Source of the DNA: Lytechinus pictus
Lineage: Eukaryota
NCBI RefSeq assembly: GCF_037042905.1
Contig: NC_087245.1
Coordinates: forward strand, 29,202,001-29,266,000
DNA length: 64,000 nt
Direction of reading: 5' to 3'
Under the pieces are notes generated by a model. It was not told the origin of the DNA, did not search any database, and worked only from the letters and a program-made list of their open reading frames with translations. Of the stretch, positions 26,301-36,829 are shown one piece after another. Every line of letters starts with the position of its first letter. Position 1 is the first letter of the stretch. A program made the position numbers and the translations under genes.

Positions 26301-29300
26301 GGATTCCCTATCCTGAAAAATGGGACCGACGAGTGGGTCTTGAGCAGAATGACCGAAAAACAGGTTGCCATGGTGAGGGAAAATTAATATTCACTGGTGA
26401 ACAAGAATTTACAGAATGAAAATATGGAGGAGAGGAAAAGATTGAAAAGGGGGTGGAGAAGATGAAGTAGAAGAAGAAAGAGGAGGAGGAGGAGAAGAAG
26501 AAGAAAAAAAAAAGAAGAAGAAAAAATGAGAAGGGGAGGAGGAGAAGTCGAAAAAGTAAAATAATAAAGAAGAGGAGATGGAGAAAGAAAACGAGGAAAG
26601 ATGAAGATGAGAAATGGGAAAAAGAAAACAGGAGATTTAGACAAAAATAAGTTGAAATTCAGACGATAGCAACACTAAAAAGAGCAATAAACAAGGATCT
26701 TAAGATTTTTTTTTCAAAGCAAGCTTTGAATATTATCTGATAAAATAACTTGTTTGGTGATGATTTTGTTTTATCAGGCCGAGACTGATGCAGAGGTTTA
26801 CAGACTCACCGTTAGTAAACAAATCACGGAGGAGAGACTGGAAGCAGCGAATAAACAAGTCAGAGAACTAGAAGGTAAAATACTATTAGCCATTTCGATA
26901 CAACATTTCAAGTCAAATGTTCAAGATAATAAATATGATTTTCATTATGACTTATTCAATTTCGATATGATTTATTCCCAGCTTTAACATTTCCTTACAT
27001 TTCTGGAGATGAATCTGGTGTGTATTTGGTTATAAAAAAAAAACACGTTACCAAACTTCTCTAAGAAGTAGCGGGGAGATATGGGGACAGACATCAATTC
27101 TATTCACATATATTCTGCATAAAAACGTGCAGGTTAAAACTCACACTAGTTGGTGCCCTTAGAGGACCACTCCTTGATGTGTTAAAATTACACCCTAGAG
27201 CTTGAACATAACACGAAAGAGCCTAGAAGTAACAGCTGAAGGTGTTGTAATAACACCCATGGGATGTTAACCCTAAAAGGACTGGGCTATTTGAGATCTA
27301 TTGAGGACGGGGGGGGGGGCATGATGGCCCCCCTTCTGATCTCGGCCGCCGTTCGCGCGAACGCGCCGAAATTTGGCACGCACATTCCTTACCACATAAA
27401 CTACAAGATGGTGTAAAAAAAAATTCTGAAAATAATAATTTATTATGAATAAAATATGCAAATTTATCGATGAAAAACATTATTTGCATATGTAACACCC
27501 AATTTCTCTTCAAATTTTCTTCTTTTTTGCAGATCTCATCCTTTTTAATCTAATTCAAAGGTTTTCACAAAGAAAAATTGCGAAATCCAATTTTTTCCTT
27601 ATGTATTTCCTTGTTTTTTGAATTTCTTATGTATTTCCTTGTTTTTTCATCTTTTGTTTTTCATTGTTTTTTTCAATGGAAATTATTACAGACCATTTAA
27701 CAACTAAATAAAACCCTAAATTAATTAAGCAGACCTATTAGAACGAAAAATAATCACCCTTATATGAATTTCATCTCCCATAGACTTTGTACACAAAGTG
27801 TAAAAATGAGCCATTTTCAGCATGATATTGTCTCGTAAAAAGTCACGTGACGTCGCGATGCTATACCCGTATGTCAAAGAAAAGAGTCATAAAATTTTGC
27901 AGCGCTAACTTTTTGCGTTTCGGAAATATCGCGCGAAGCGTCGAGGGGGGGGGGGCATCATGGCCCCCAGTCATTTTAGGGTTAAACTTACGCTGTTAAT
28001 ATAACACCGGAGTTAAATGAATTGTGTGGTTCTCTATCTACACATTTTAACACTTCAATTTTTACTGTATAGAAACGTAGTGTGCAGTACATGATATTTC
28101 AACTTTGAAAAAAAAAAATTATTGCTTTGCAGGTGAAAAGAAGATGTTGGAGGATCTTGAAACGAGGATGAAAGACAATGAATCGTCCGATCGGATGGCA
28201 TCCAAACCAGAGTTTAGAAGGAAACAGAGCACTCTCTTCAACATGATGAACCAAGAACAGGTAAGACGAAAACAATACATTCTATAGATTTTTCCGACGA
28301 CACATGGGGGCGCTAGACGCAAAAGTTCAGAATAATTTAGGTGCAATATATTCGGACAGGCAAATTATATGAACTATGAGCATAACAGGTAGATAAGTTA
28401 ATTATTGACTTGAATAATTTTGTCTTTTTATAAATTCCCAATTTCTTCAGATTTCTCAATTACATATTATCATATTCTGCCAAAGAAAATGTATGATATC
28501 AATAAATGAAGCTCCTGAGCATTTTGTATTGTTAATGGAAATTGTGTTTGTCTATTCTGCAATATCACATCTCCCTCCCTTTCTACCATGTCCACGTTCA
28601 GGTGCCAATTTAATGACACACAGTAATCTTTCTCATGCAACCTCTTTATCGCGAATAAATGGGACCTTCCTTTCCCTGTTACATTATATCCTCATTCTTC
28701 CTCATTCTAGTGAATACATTTTTATTATTGAATTGCATCATGCCAGCCTGACCTAGCTCGAAGGCTCGTTAGAGGTGTGAGAATTCATAATCATGCATTT
28801 TTAGATTTACATACTAGGACACCGTACTAGGAAATGATAAAGGATAGGACTCGAAGCATGAATGCTCTTGTCTTGGAGGATTCCTAATTTATTCTCATTA
28901 TTGTATTCATTATCACTAATTTAAAAAGAAATCAATTGATGCGAGATAACCACTATCCTCTTTAATACCATTTTTTTTGCACAGCCGTTCGAAATCGAGA
29001 CGGCGAATGTGGAAAGCCTATTGCAGAGAGTCAACAGTCATTTAATATCAGAAAAGGAATGCCAATATGTGTACCACGTAAGTACCACATTTTAATCTTT
29101 GTTCGGTTGCAGTTCTTTATGCAATTGTGATTTTTTTATAGCAAACGAGACTGGAAGAAAATATTATTCACTCACACATTATTCACTTCCTCAGGTTATG
29201 ATAATGGATAGATAACAATGAATGAGAACCAAATTATCAATCTGATTTAATTTTTAAGAATCGCACAATCCAAGTCTAAATTATTTAGGTTAGAGCACAA

Positions 29301-30939
29301 CGATTATCTGGCAAAACGAAACCATTATGAAATTAAACAAAATGGGGAAAATGACGGCTATAAGCTTAAAAGGTCAACAACATGGAGACCGAAGTACGAC
29401 TTTGCTTTGAATTTGAATGTATGGAGATAATTTTATGATGGACACTATGTAGACGCATCTAATTAGCAACACCTATTCTTTTATTGAGAATTAGGAAGCA
29501 AGACATGTGCAATTTGTTCATGGACCAATAATCTTGAATTTATCAAACTTTGAATTTCAGGTTCTTGATTTACCTCAGCGTCATCGAATCGATTTTAAGC
29601 TCTTCACCATCGTTGCAGCTTTGTCCGAGAAAATATCAAGGCTAGAGTAAGTACATTCTGGTATATAATTTTTCCTTCTTTTATTTTGCATTATCTGCCC
29701 TGTCCCTAACGAGTATTTCAAAATAAGATATTGAAATGAAGGCTCTGCTTTTATTCTGTAGATAGAATCAATCGAAATTTATAAACATTATTCTTCCCTT
29801 GTTACATTACTTTATGACAAAAATAAGCTTATCTCTATACCAAATACGAAATATATTTTCATCTAAGCGCATTCTCTCATCGAATATTTCGGAAACAGAC
29901 ATACTTTGTTTATATTTGGCATAGATGTTTACATTGCATTCTGCACTCCACATTCTATATGTCAATATAGCCATACGTAAACATAACAGACACATTTTAG
30001 AAACGCCTAAAAACCGTTTCAACGCCCACCAAAGATTTTGTAACTCTGTATATATACTGAGTTACAGGCGTATTCTTAACTTTCCCTTTCATAACCATGC
30101 TATCTCTTCTCTATCTTTACACCCCTAGCCCCTTTATCAAGAAACTGATCAACAAGATCAACTTTGAGGCTCTAAATGTGAAGATGGACCGAGCCAAGGA
30201 GTTGTTCTATCTCCTAGAGGACGAGGAGGAGCATGGTTTTCCTGGTGAGGTTCCCGTCAAGAACCTTCAGGTTGAGCTGGAGGCAGGTGGCCTCCGGAAA
30301 GAGCATGTTGATCTGGTGAGTTTGAAAAAAAATTATTACTATAACATGTATAAGCGTACTGTATAAAACATAAGATCATGAACAAGGTTAGGTGACACTA
30401 TAAACATATCTCACCACACGAAGCATTGTTCACACAACTGCGAAAGTTTCCCCTTTTCATAACAAACGTGCCGTAAAGGAAATTATTCCTGTTAATAAAA
30501 TTGCTATCGGTATGTGATTCGATGTCTCTTCGATGTTTTTTAATAACATGAATCTTTACTTTTATTTCATTCCTTCCTTATTCATTTATTTCGTATATGT
30601 ACCCACATCACAATGTGTTCGGCCTCTAACAAAATTCGAAAAGTTACTAGTTACTGACGATATTCTAGATCAACAATCTCAAATTCGAAATGACTGTCAT
30701 CGACTCTTATTCGTATTTTTAATACTCCCGTGTTATCTCTTGAAAGAAATGAGTTTTAATCCAAATTATCTCCATATTGCCTGACCTTATATTTTTATAT
30801 AATTCAGGTGATGACAAAGTTCACTCGAGAAGGGAAAGCAACGGTGGACTTTCTGGACTTCTTGACCTACATCCCCCTCTTCATCGACCTGCATGAGAAC
30901 ATTGTCTCAGATCCTCTCTACGCTACCAAGGACCTGTGA
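720..30939 (+). CDS. Large multi-exon gene (at least 28 coding exons, at least 1485 aa, 5' end uncertain): uncharacterised PEVK-like/coiled-coil protein with C-terminal EF-hand-like domain
   Basis: Hand-spliced exons with GT-AG ends and matching phases: 720-766, 3206-3473, 4091-4245, 8999-9123, 9678-9893, 10583-10606, 11149-11238, 11769-11897, 12202-12643, 13478-13927, 16806-16843, 17389-17532, 18049-18120, 19805-19858, 20419-20547, 22159-22268, 22859-23097, 23501-23608, 24049-24502, 24961-25057, 25501-25644, 26173-26372, 26778-26874, 28133-28260, 28985-29077, 29561-29646, 30129-30315, 30808-30939 (TGA). They sum to 4458 nt, a multiple of 3. C-terminus is ...ELEAGGLRKEHVDLVMTKFTREGKATVDFLDFLTYIPLFIDLHENIVSDPLYATKDL*. 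A tentative further exon at 258-338 (AAAATGG ... TTG|GTATGT, phase 0) could be the start. Confidence 0.85.
4013..4051. repeat. (AT)n microsatellite
   Basis: Perfect dinucleotide run. Confidence 0.95.
5008..5315 (+). repeat. Tandem duplication (2 copies, about 155 bp) in the PLE 5' leader
   Basis: TTTCAGCTTGATT(T/C)AATTAACTTTGTGTATTCTTAT...TTATTCTAGGTCTC at about 5008-5164 and 5165-5315, with few differences. Confidence 0.92.
5268..7991 (+). CDS. Penelope-like element polyprotein: reverse transcriptase + Cys-rich linker + GIY-YIG endonuclease
   Basis: PLE RT motifs IIIKPADKGSAVVV, FYLLPKIHK, GRPILSG, FDVSSLYTSIP, GTAMGTRMAPSFA, RYIDDIF, FLDVTV, LYSKPTD..YLH..SCHP. Linker CTSNRCIIC. Endonuclease VYLITCRVCRVQYIGET...RFYGH...HF...REKLW...GLN. 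No stops or frameshifts. The true start may be the ATG at 5325 (ACCATGA). Confidence 0.96.
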   Translation: MNIHFLCFTLFFILGLFSTMTNHLSLFHQLRKIKLKALKTSFHQDNYRFYSLNRIIPTGLQLHCTPGLGTLTPELRKRWNQTLHGASVRLINILSEQCIASLDSFSADISSLEDELRSCCTQTQWLQYNDEIESDLSKHRSLLTERRNKKIGNLTKKRQRSNRFRRHTNNNDVSPHLVVNLSSSPLSQAETSLLSKGLKFCPTPPEVEQIALSQDLSTFYRRIRLKEFFLDAPPSDPEPFYKKSTWIPPKNRVPSLETYIQAVSSQVRSTDTLDTRAHDNLPREERQALSSLKNRSDIIIKPADKGSAVVVMDRQQYIDEAMKHLNNRSHYALLDSDPTCNFSLQIQSTLNDMKEREYLSEKAHKFLSPTNAKPARFYLLPKIHKPGNPGRPILSGNGSSTENISLFVDYHIKPLVSRAPSYIHDTPDFLRKLNDIKDQIPETAIIGTFDVSSLYTSIPHDEGIQASCEALAASGHSSPPISDIKSLMSHVLTKNNFTFMGKHYLQIFGTAMGTRMAPSFACLFMTKLEQQMLDSAPCRPWIWWRYIDDIFFIWTRDEDSLHTFIDHINSFHRTIQFTSDFSQQETHFLDVTVQKKSNGITTTLYSKPTDTHQYLHSSSCHPRHCKTGIAYSQALRLRRICSEDPDFSFHARNLQKHLCARGHGARAVQLAINKVRSLPRSEVLKPKSDKETTDRIPLVTTFHPNLPPLRKILFDNHHILHTSDRLQQAVPDTPLLAYRRPPNLRDLIVRAEVPSLTNHSSPIQHGTFKCTSNRCIICEIHLHEGDTFTSNSTSLSHQIKGNITCTTTNVVYLITCRVCRVQYIGETKTTLKKRFYGHRSTVNTAKLDTPVGRHFNLPNHSITDMMLQGIESLGTRPDSVRTSREKLWMRRLRTTQPHGLNIQEGND
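8903..8941 (+). ncRNA. Minimal type-I hammerhead ribozyme of the Penelope-like element
   Basis: GCCT-CCGACGA-A-GATTCT-GCT-AGGATC-GAAA-GCTT-AGGC. Helix I is GCCT/AGGC; core CCGACGA is CUGANGA with U4>C; helix II is GATTCT/AGGATC (one G.U); then GAAA and a palindromic AAGCTT in place of a stable helix III. It lies 16 nt before the element end. Confidence 0.8.
12202..13927 (+). CDS. Two large Pro/Glu/Val/Lys-rich exons of gene 1 (12202-12643, 13478-13927)
   Basis: Open frames encoding PPKAFQLKKTD...EKPKPVEKPKEPPPQK and EPKPEPKPKPAPKP...KEKPKPVE repeats, flanked by AG/GT sites. Confidence 0.9.
16195..16349. mobile_element. Short palindromic Harbinger-like MITE
   Basis: CCCGTTTCATAAAGACTTGTTA ... 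TAACAAGTTATATGAAACGGACCC inverted ends. Confidence 0.65.
17231..17312. repeat. Compound (ACT)n(GCT)n microsatellite, intronic
   Basis: Direct inspection. Confidence 0.95.
18388..18726. mobile_element. Internally deleted copy of the same TTAA MITE family as 58302-58903
   Basis: TTAA|AGGTCAA...GGGGTGGACTTGACCT|TTAA; shares AAAAGAAATAGTGAGTGAG.GACATCATCGACT.TCTCATTTG and the downstream sequence with 58690-58903. Confidence 0.8.
27271..27981. mobile_element. piggyBac-type MITE
   Basis: TTAA|CCCTAAAAGGACTGGG ... CCCAGTCATTTTAGGG|TTAA (16-bp TIR, 1 mismatch; CCC/GGG termini; TTAA TSD). Confidence 0.88.
28985..30939 (+). CDS. Last four exons of gene 1 encoding the globular EF-hand-like C-terminal domain
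   Basis: PFEIETANVESLLQRVN.../VLDLPQRHRIDFKLFTIVAALSEK.../PFIKKLINKINFEALNVKMDRAKELF.../VMTKFTREGKATVDFLDFLTYIPLF...; the IDFKLF and VDFLDF segments resemble EF-hand exit helices. Confidence 0.8.
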
Positions 30940-30993
30940 TGAGGGTACCTACAGTGAGTCATTCACATCAATTAGACTTGCGATGGACTGGTC

Positions 30994-31155
30994 AGGGGAG
31001 CGGTTTATCAACATTTTTGTCCCAACAAGTTGTCAGATCTGACAACTTTCCTTGGTGTATATTGGCTAAGAATCGGTGTTACTATGGTAACGGTAAGATA
31101 AAATGGGACTTTTCGGATAAACGTCCAACAACCCCTTTCACGAAGCGCTTCCCAG
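30994..31155. mobile_element. Degenerate MITE in 3' UTR of gene 1
   Basis: GGGGAGCGGTTTATCAA ... TTCACGAAGCGCTTCCC inverted ends, with internal palindrome AAGTTGTCAGATCTGACAACTT. Confidence 0.5.
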
Positions 31156-34001
31156 AGGAATGCAAGATGACGAGGATGCACATCAAGTCGCTCGAAAGTC
31201 GCTCGAAGGAGTTAGATGGAATTGTATCCTACCGATGCCATAATAATTCCTTGAAGAACAAGGAAACTAATAACACCAGAGAAGTACATCACAGAGGGTC
31301 TTCCTCTTTAGCGCTAGTAGTGAATCTCCAAGAATTAGAAGACAAAAAATTCAATCTATTTAGAGTCCATTAATTGATTTAAAATTGAACTCTGTAAAAA
31401 TTTCCATTCTGGAGTGTGTGCGTCAAATATGAAACCATAAAGTCTGTTAAATGTAAGTGCTATCATTGTCATAATTGTAGATAATAGTATTATATATATT
31501 TATTAAGGCACTTTTGTAGGTTGCTGAACAATTATACAGCAATTAAGGGCGAAATAGATTGTGATATTAAGTATTTCAACATTCATTTTTTTCAATTTCA
31601 CTATCAATATTCGATACTTCTTTCTTTTACTGTAAGAGCTACTGGCATGACTACGATTTTGTTTATTATACCGTCCAACAAATATAACATTCAAGTTATT
31701 CAACAAATAATGCAGTATTATTCTTCACTAATACGAATCCAGCATTAGTAGTATTGATAGCATTTCGTTATGCCCTATCTAGTGCTAGTGTCTGCTTTAA
31801 ATGATATTTAAATAAGTGTTGCAATTAAATGCCTTGTAGCAAACATACTCTTTTCTATTTCTTAATGTTAAATATGATTACTATAGCATACTCATATTGT
31901 ACTCAACCTATGGCAATCAAGTAGTGTGTTTAGCTTTGATTTAGAATACAAAGTTTCGTGTAAATAGGGTTCATTGGTTTACATGTACATACACAGAAAA
32001 CTATCTAGAGAATGTGAATTTATTCATTCTAGTTTTTTAAGTGTTTTCTCTTCTTTTGTATTGTTTGTGTATTATTTTCCCTTCGCATTTATCCATGCTG
32101 TCACGTTCTTTCGCTCCATTTGTTTTGTTATTCCTACATGTGCATGTTGCTTGAAACCTGTAAACGATATCAAGACAATGGATTTCGACACTTTTCATAC
32201 AATTTTTTCCTTTGACAGCCCCTCCCACTTCCCCTCTGTCACGCTCTTCTTGAAAGATTTGTTTCTATTACCGGTTTTGTGCTTCTCTTCACGTTATACA
32301 GTGATGTAAATCGTGTGAATAAGCGTGCAATCCCACGATATATATTCTTGGTATATTTGTGGCGCCATGATACATACTTATCCAATATTATTATTCAAAA
32401 TTGTTTACTTGGTGTGATCTATATATTGGGGTAAAGAATAAGGCAATCGTATGTGTTACTGAAAGCAATGAACGAATTAGATATACAGTGTATTTTTTTA
32501 CCTCACGTTTTGTCATGGTAACCTTAAAATGGTCTTTCACCACTAAGACTATGACGTCACAATGCTTAATTCGTGTATACTGCCTAACGTGTTAAACATC
32601 ACGGTTGATATATATGTGTAGTATAGGCTTATATATTTGCATTAATGCTCGCATATATCGAATTATTACAAATGTACAATTATTTATTATTGACTTGATA
32701 TGAACCGTCACATTTACTATAGTGTCTTAAATGTAGTGTAGGAACATTTCATCTTGCCATCGTGTTTTAAAGAACGCTGTGTATTATTTTAAAAGTAGGT
32801 ATAAGATAAGGGAAACATTGAAACATAATTGAAACATTGCGCTCTTAAATGTTCTGAGATGTTATTTTTTATTTATCATTTTAACAGAATGCATCCGTTT
32901 GCATAGAACTACATGGTATATAGAATTCGGAATCCAAATGTAGATGAAGTGTTATAAATTGTATCGAATTTATATTACCACAGGTTTCATGTTAGATTAG
33001 TAAGTAGACTGAGAAACATGTGTACCAAACTAAATGATTAACTTGACATAGAAGGGGGAATACTTATGTATTTGGTATATGAATTCAAGATAACTTGACG
33101 TTATAATGTGCAATGCTAACAATAATTAACTAATTTGCTATGGCGTATAAACCTGCTGGGTTATTACATGAAGCAATAAAATATAGATTAATTTACACAG
33201 AATTCCTTCGTTTGCGTAATGATTTATCCAAGAGACCTTTGACGTGTTTTGTGATTGGCACTTGTCTCTCTACTTTCTTCGCTCTCTTGTTTTTGGCTCT
33301 TTTCCTCTCTCTCATTCTCTCTCCTCCTCTATCCCTCCTTGTCTCCGATGCCATAAATACTTTACTTCAGTTGTCTCACATTTGCTCACTATCTTGAATC
33401 GCACTACCCTTCCGTGAATCAGTAATACGATGCACACCAAATTCCTACAAACAAAACTTTAAAATGACTTGTAAAAATGAAGTCTGTTTTAAACATTCGT
33501 TTATGCAAAAACATTATTTATTCATGCATTCCGTTTTTTCTTAAGTTTCATAACATTTGCATATTCTCGTTATGTCAGCCCGTTTTAGCAACACAACTGA
33601 AACATTGTGTACAAAGTCTATGGGAATCACGGTTTTCAACGGGTAAATACATATTTGAGCGAATTGAGCCAATAGGTAAACATTCATTTATACTTCACTC
33701 TTTGCAATCCTCACCGATTATAAGTTGGGTAATAAGAAAATGTCCGATGTCAGGTTTGTAGTCTCTAAAATGTCGATTTCTTTGAGCATTCCAAGCTCAC
33801 ATCCTGTGTAACATTACACAAAGAACACGAAGCAGTACTGTAGTCATATCAATTAAAACAAAATACATCAATTGACATCTCTAATGTGTCCTTATAACAA
33901 GAAAACTTACAAAAGTGTTATCATACAAAAAGACAATTAACTATATCACACATCTGCAGCACGTTGTATTCTCCCCTTTTCAAATATGCAGCGTTATACT
34001 C

Positions 34002-36782
34002 TTAGACTTTTTTTTCACCAACAAGTGGGTCCTGAGCTGAAGACACAGACTCGTCGACCGTTTCATTTTTTATCAAGCTTGCCGATTCATCAATCACTGT
34101 ATATGGTTGGTAGTCCCGTATGGCCCAATATTGAAGTTCGACTGTGCCGAAGATGACAAAAGTCAAGCCGCCGAAGCAATAGATACCGGCGATGGTCCAC
34201 ATCACCTTCTGCCATCCTGCAATATCGGTCTGGGTAAGAGAACGTTTATACAAGAGGAGAGTGAGAGGAAAAAAGAAAAGAGAGAGGGGGATAGGGAGGG
34301 AGGGATTGAGATGGAGAAGAATGGAGAAAGGGGGAGAGGATACATGATCACAGCAATTTACACTCTTCTTATAATTCGGCACATTGGCATCGTTGACATA
34401 AGGGCTGATAAAGTATATCCCACGTGACTTTTATTCCCTTTCTGACACAAACCCAATAAAACCACGTTTTTATTCCACAGTATTAATATTGGCTTTCTGC
34501 AAAAAAAAGTCACTCTAAAAAAACAAATGAATAAATATATCCCCTTGAAAGTAATCCATATTTCAGAATCTGCCATTTTGCAAACAAGTTCCATCCTGTT
34601 TCCCACATTTCAAGCTGATCAGCAATCTGCAACTAATAAGAACTACCTATGTATTGATTGAGATTTGTATCAAACCTGTATTTCTGTAAGAACGCCGACA
34701 ATGTATGGTCCAACGATGCCGCCCAGTGTACCGGCCGTGTTCATCATCCCCATGGCAAAACCAGCAAACGGACCGGCGATGTCTAGTAACGCCACGAAAT
34801 GACCAGAGAAAGACACACCAACCCCGCCCATGGCAAGGGTCACAAACGTCACAGACAGGGCCGTGTTGCACCGCGAAAAACCAGCAAGGATAAGAAAGAG
34901 GGCACCCGATCCGAAACCTAAATGGTAAGAAATATTATATGAAAAAAATGCATAAATATTATAAACAAGTATGTCAGGATATTAGCATTAATTTATTAGA
35001 AATAATTTCCCCGTGTTACTGTAGGGCTACTGAGGACCGACGACACTTTCAAATATACAGTGACAATTGAATGTGTTCCAGACCAGACGGGGCAGTGTGA
35101 TGATGTTATTATGATGGTTTTGATGGTGTTTTATTAAATGAATCAGCTGATATCATTATTTTTCTTTTTTTAAATAGTTTTTATACGGTTTTCATGATTT
35201 TGATCAGCAGATATTATTGATAGATTCTGACCCTAGGAGTTTCTACTCAAAGAATGATATCCCGACCATGTAGGCATTTATATTCATGTAAAATTGTTGT
35301 TTGGTTAGGGGTGACAAATAAACTACTATACCGAAAGCAAGGCGTCATTAATACGTAATTTACGCGAAGTGTCCTGCCAGAAAAAAAATGTCCGATTCAT
35401 TTTGTAAACATGGTAAAGGAGGGTTCAGAGCAACAGACAGAATGCTTACCTATAAATGACATAAGTTTCCTCGATGCCTTTTTAGACAGTATCTGCCGAG
35501 AGACGAGGCCATCAGATATAAAACTGGTGACCAGCATGGTGAAAAATTGAAGGACGTAAGGGAGAGCCGAATATACACCTGCCTTTCATATGAAATAAAA
35601 TAACAATTACAAACAAAACCATTTATACATCAACATGTACTTGTCAGATATGGCAACAAGTGTATCCTGAAAATGAGACACAAAACGGCTGAATATTTAA
35701 AATGACATTAACAAAGTTAAACTCACACTGACCTCTCTGACCAACCAGGATAATTCAAAGCATTAATAATCATAATTTCACTGGTCGTAATTTGACTTGT
35801 AGGTTCAGTGAAAACGTGATATAAACTTTGTTTGTACCCCCTCCCTCTTTCTTTTCGCTCTTAAAACATTTCTCTCTTACACACATCCGCAACCCTCACA
35901 CATACACCCACACACTTGCACACCTTCACCCCCACAAAATCCACATACACAAACCTTGGCATACACCGTCACACACCCATACCAATACAACCCACATACA
36001 CAAACCTAGAAACACCCACACATAACATAACAAAACTAGGAGATTCCGTTTATAGGGGATCCACCTGTTCTGCATAGAGGAAACCGCCTACAAGAGGTCT
36101 TGTGGCTTAGTGGATAAGTCTCTTGACTCTGAAACACAAGATTCAGGGTTCAATAATCCTATGTAAATTTTGTAATTGACTTTAATTTGTTACAATAACA
36201 ACAGAATTAACCCCCCCCCCAAAAAAAAAAATACATCCGGGGGTTCCAAACCAACCGCAGCACTCGCATCCTCTCGCAAGGCGTTTATCTACATTTGCCA
36301 CTTTCTACCTAGGAGTAGTAAATGGGTACCCAGAATAAAGGAATTCCTTGAATGCTCGAGCGCCGATCAGGCAGTCAGAGTAGCCGCGATTAAGCAGTGG
36401 TAATGTTATGCAGCGTTTAGTAAAATTGATGATATGTTGCACAGTCTACTAATATTTCATTAATGGTCACTATTCATCAACTTATACGACACATGGACAG
36501 CACTGAAAATTTACCAGTTCTAGGGAAACATGGAGCCCTTCACTGAAGTACAGCGGTAGGTTGACGAGGAGGGTAAATATCCCAAGCGTGTGCGCGAAAT
36601 GGGTGAATACTTGGCACCACATAGCAGGGGACTTGATGATTTGTTTCCATGGCACGGAAGGTCTTAGTGTCTAGGGATAAACAGAAAAGAATGGTAACTG
36701 TGCACGAAAGTGAGTCATGTTTTGGTTCAATAGTAATATGTAAAATAATCATTATTTCTATTATTATTATTATTATTATTAT

Positions 36783-36829
<47 letters not shown>

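Noticed and set aside
36094-36165. Functional tRNA-Gln gene
   Set aside because: Acceptor stem and T-arm do not close, and it is followed by SINE-like core sequence.
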